Below are positions 63,122 through 64,000 of a stretch of 64,000 bases of DNA, in pieces. The number at the start of each line of letters is the position of its first letter. The stretch's first letter is position 1. Below the pieces are notes generated by a model. That model was not told the origin of the DNA, did no database searches, and was given only the letters and a program-made list of their open reading frames with translations. The translations under genes and the position numbers were made by a program. Source of the DNA: Octopus bimaculoides (lineage: Eukaryota); contig NC_068985.1 in NCBI RefSeq assembly GCF_001194135.2, positions 16,414,275 through 16,478,274 on the forward strand, written 5' to 3'.

Positions 63122-64000
63122 GTTGAAAGGACTACAAGTCAAACGAAAATAAACTCGTTTTAACGAAAAGAGATATTAGCGCTCCGAAGTATAAAAAAAA
63201 ATTATTAGTAACACTAACAAGTCTAAGAAAGGCTGAGAGGCGAGGAGGGAGTGAGAGAAAGAAAGAGAAAAATAAAGCGAGAGTGAGAGAAAGAAAGAGA
63301 AAAATAAAGCGAGAGTGAGAGAAAGTGGGGGGATAAAAATATAATTTACTAACGTCACAACTATATATATGAAGAGGTAGGGGGATACGGTTTGCCTTTT
63401 TGGAACAGATAACTAAAGAACTTGAGAGCTTGATGTTAGGCGTGTATAAGCTTAGTAGTCCAACCCGTGTTCAAAAGATCAAGCTTCGAGTAACTGTATG
63501 CAATAAGCTCGTTATTATTCTTATTATTAAAACGAACATAGCGAGATGATAGCTGCTTTTAGTATTTATACTTGTCCACTCCTATGCCAACAAGAAACGG
63601 TTCAATTTCTACAGACATTCGCACTAGTGTATACTTAACTGACTCCTATTTGTTGATTCTAAGTATTAAAAAAAAGGAATGGTTTGAAGAAAAATTATAA
63701 AACACTTTCGAGGGCAATTAATCTAGAAGTACCTAAAATAGCCACGATAGTATTGCATGTGTAGAGTATAATACATGCGCTGATAATATATAAAAAAATA
63801 GATTTTCAAAATTATAAAATGTCCCTTTGCAGGGTGCATCGACAAACATGTTTGAAACAATTTTAGTAATAGTAGTAGTAGTTATTGTTGTTACTTAAAC
63901 TTGAGATCAGCCCTCGTCCAACAGACCTTTTTATATAAAGATGTTCTGTCTGAATCTCTCATACTCATTTTTCATTTATTTTTATTTTTTCTGGAATTGT

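Overview
AT-rich, microsatellite- and gap-rich animal genomic DNA, most likely Octopus or a related coleoid (inferred from the tRNA-derived SINE families and RTE tails). The ORF track is mostly noise. Manual splice reconstruction finds two tandem minus-strand Ly6/uPAR (three-finger, Quiver/sleepless-type) genes. Gene A has coding exons 6264-6219, 3504-3343 and 1538-1488, and its last exon(s) are probably left of the window. Gene B is complete: exons 63121-63061, 35039-34911 and 32681-32464, giving 135 aa with signal peptide, 10-Cys LU domain and a GPI-type tail, crooked-like, with a 28-kb first intron. All introns are phase 1 and GT-AG. The rest is transposon-derived: a GC-rich ~4-kb Gypsy LTR element, an older Gypsy pol remnant, RTE, Penelope-like, CRE-like and Tx1-like fragments, Tc1/mariner remnants, SINEs and many fold-back MITEs. 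Also notable are Penelope-type minimal hammerhead-ribozyme motifs inside gene B intron 1 and a hairpin whose loop is telomeric repeat.
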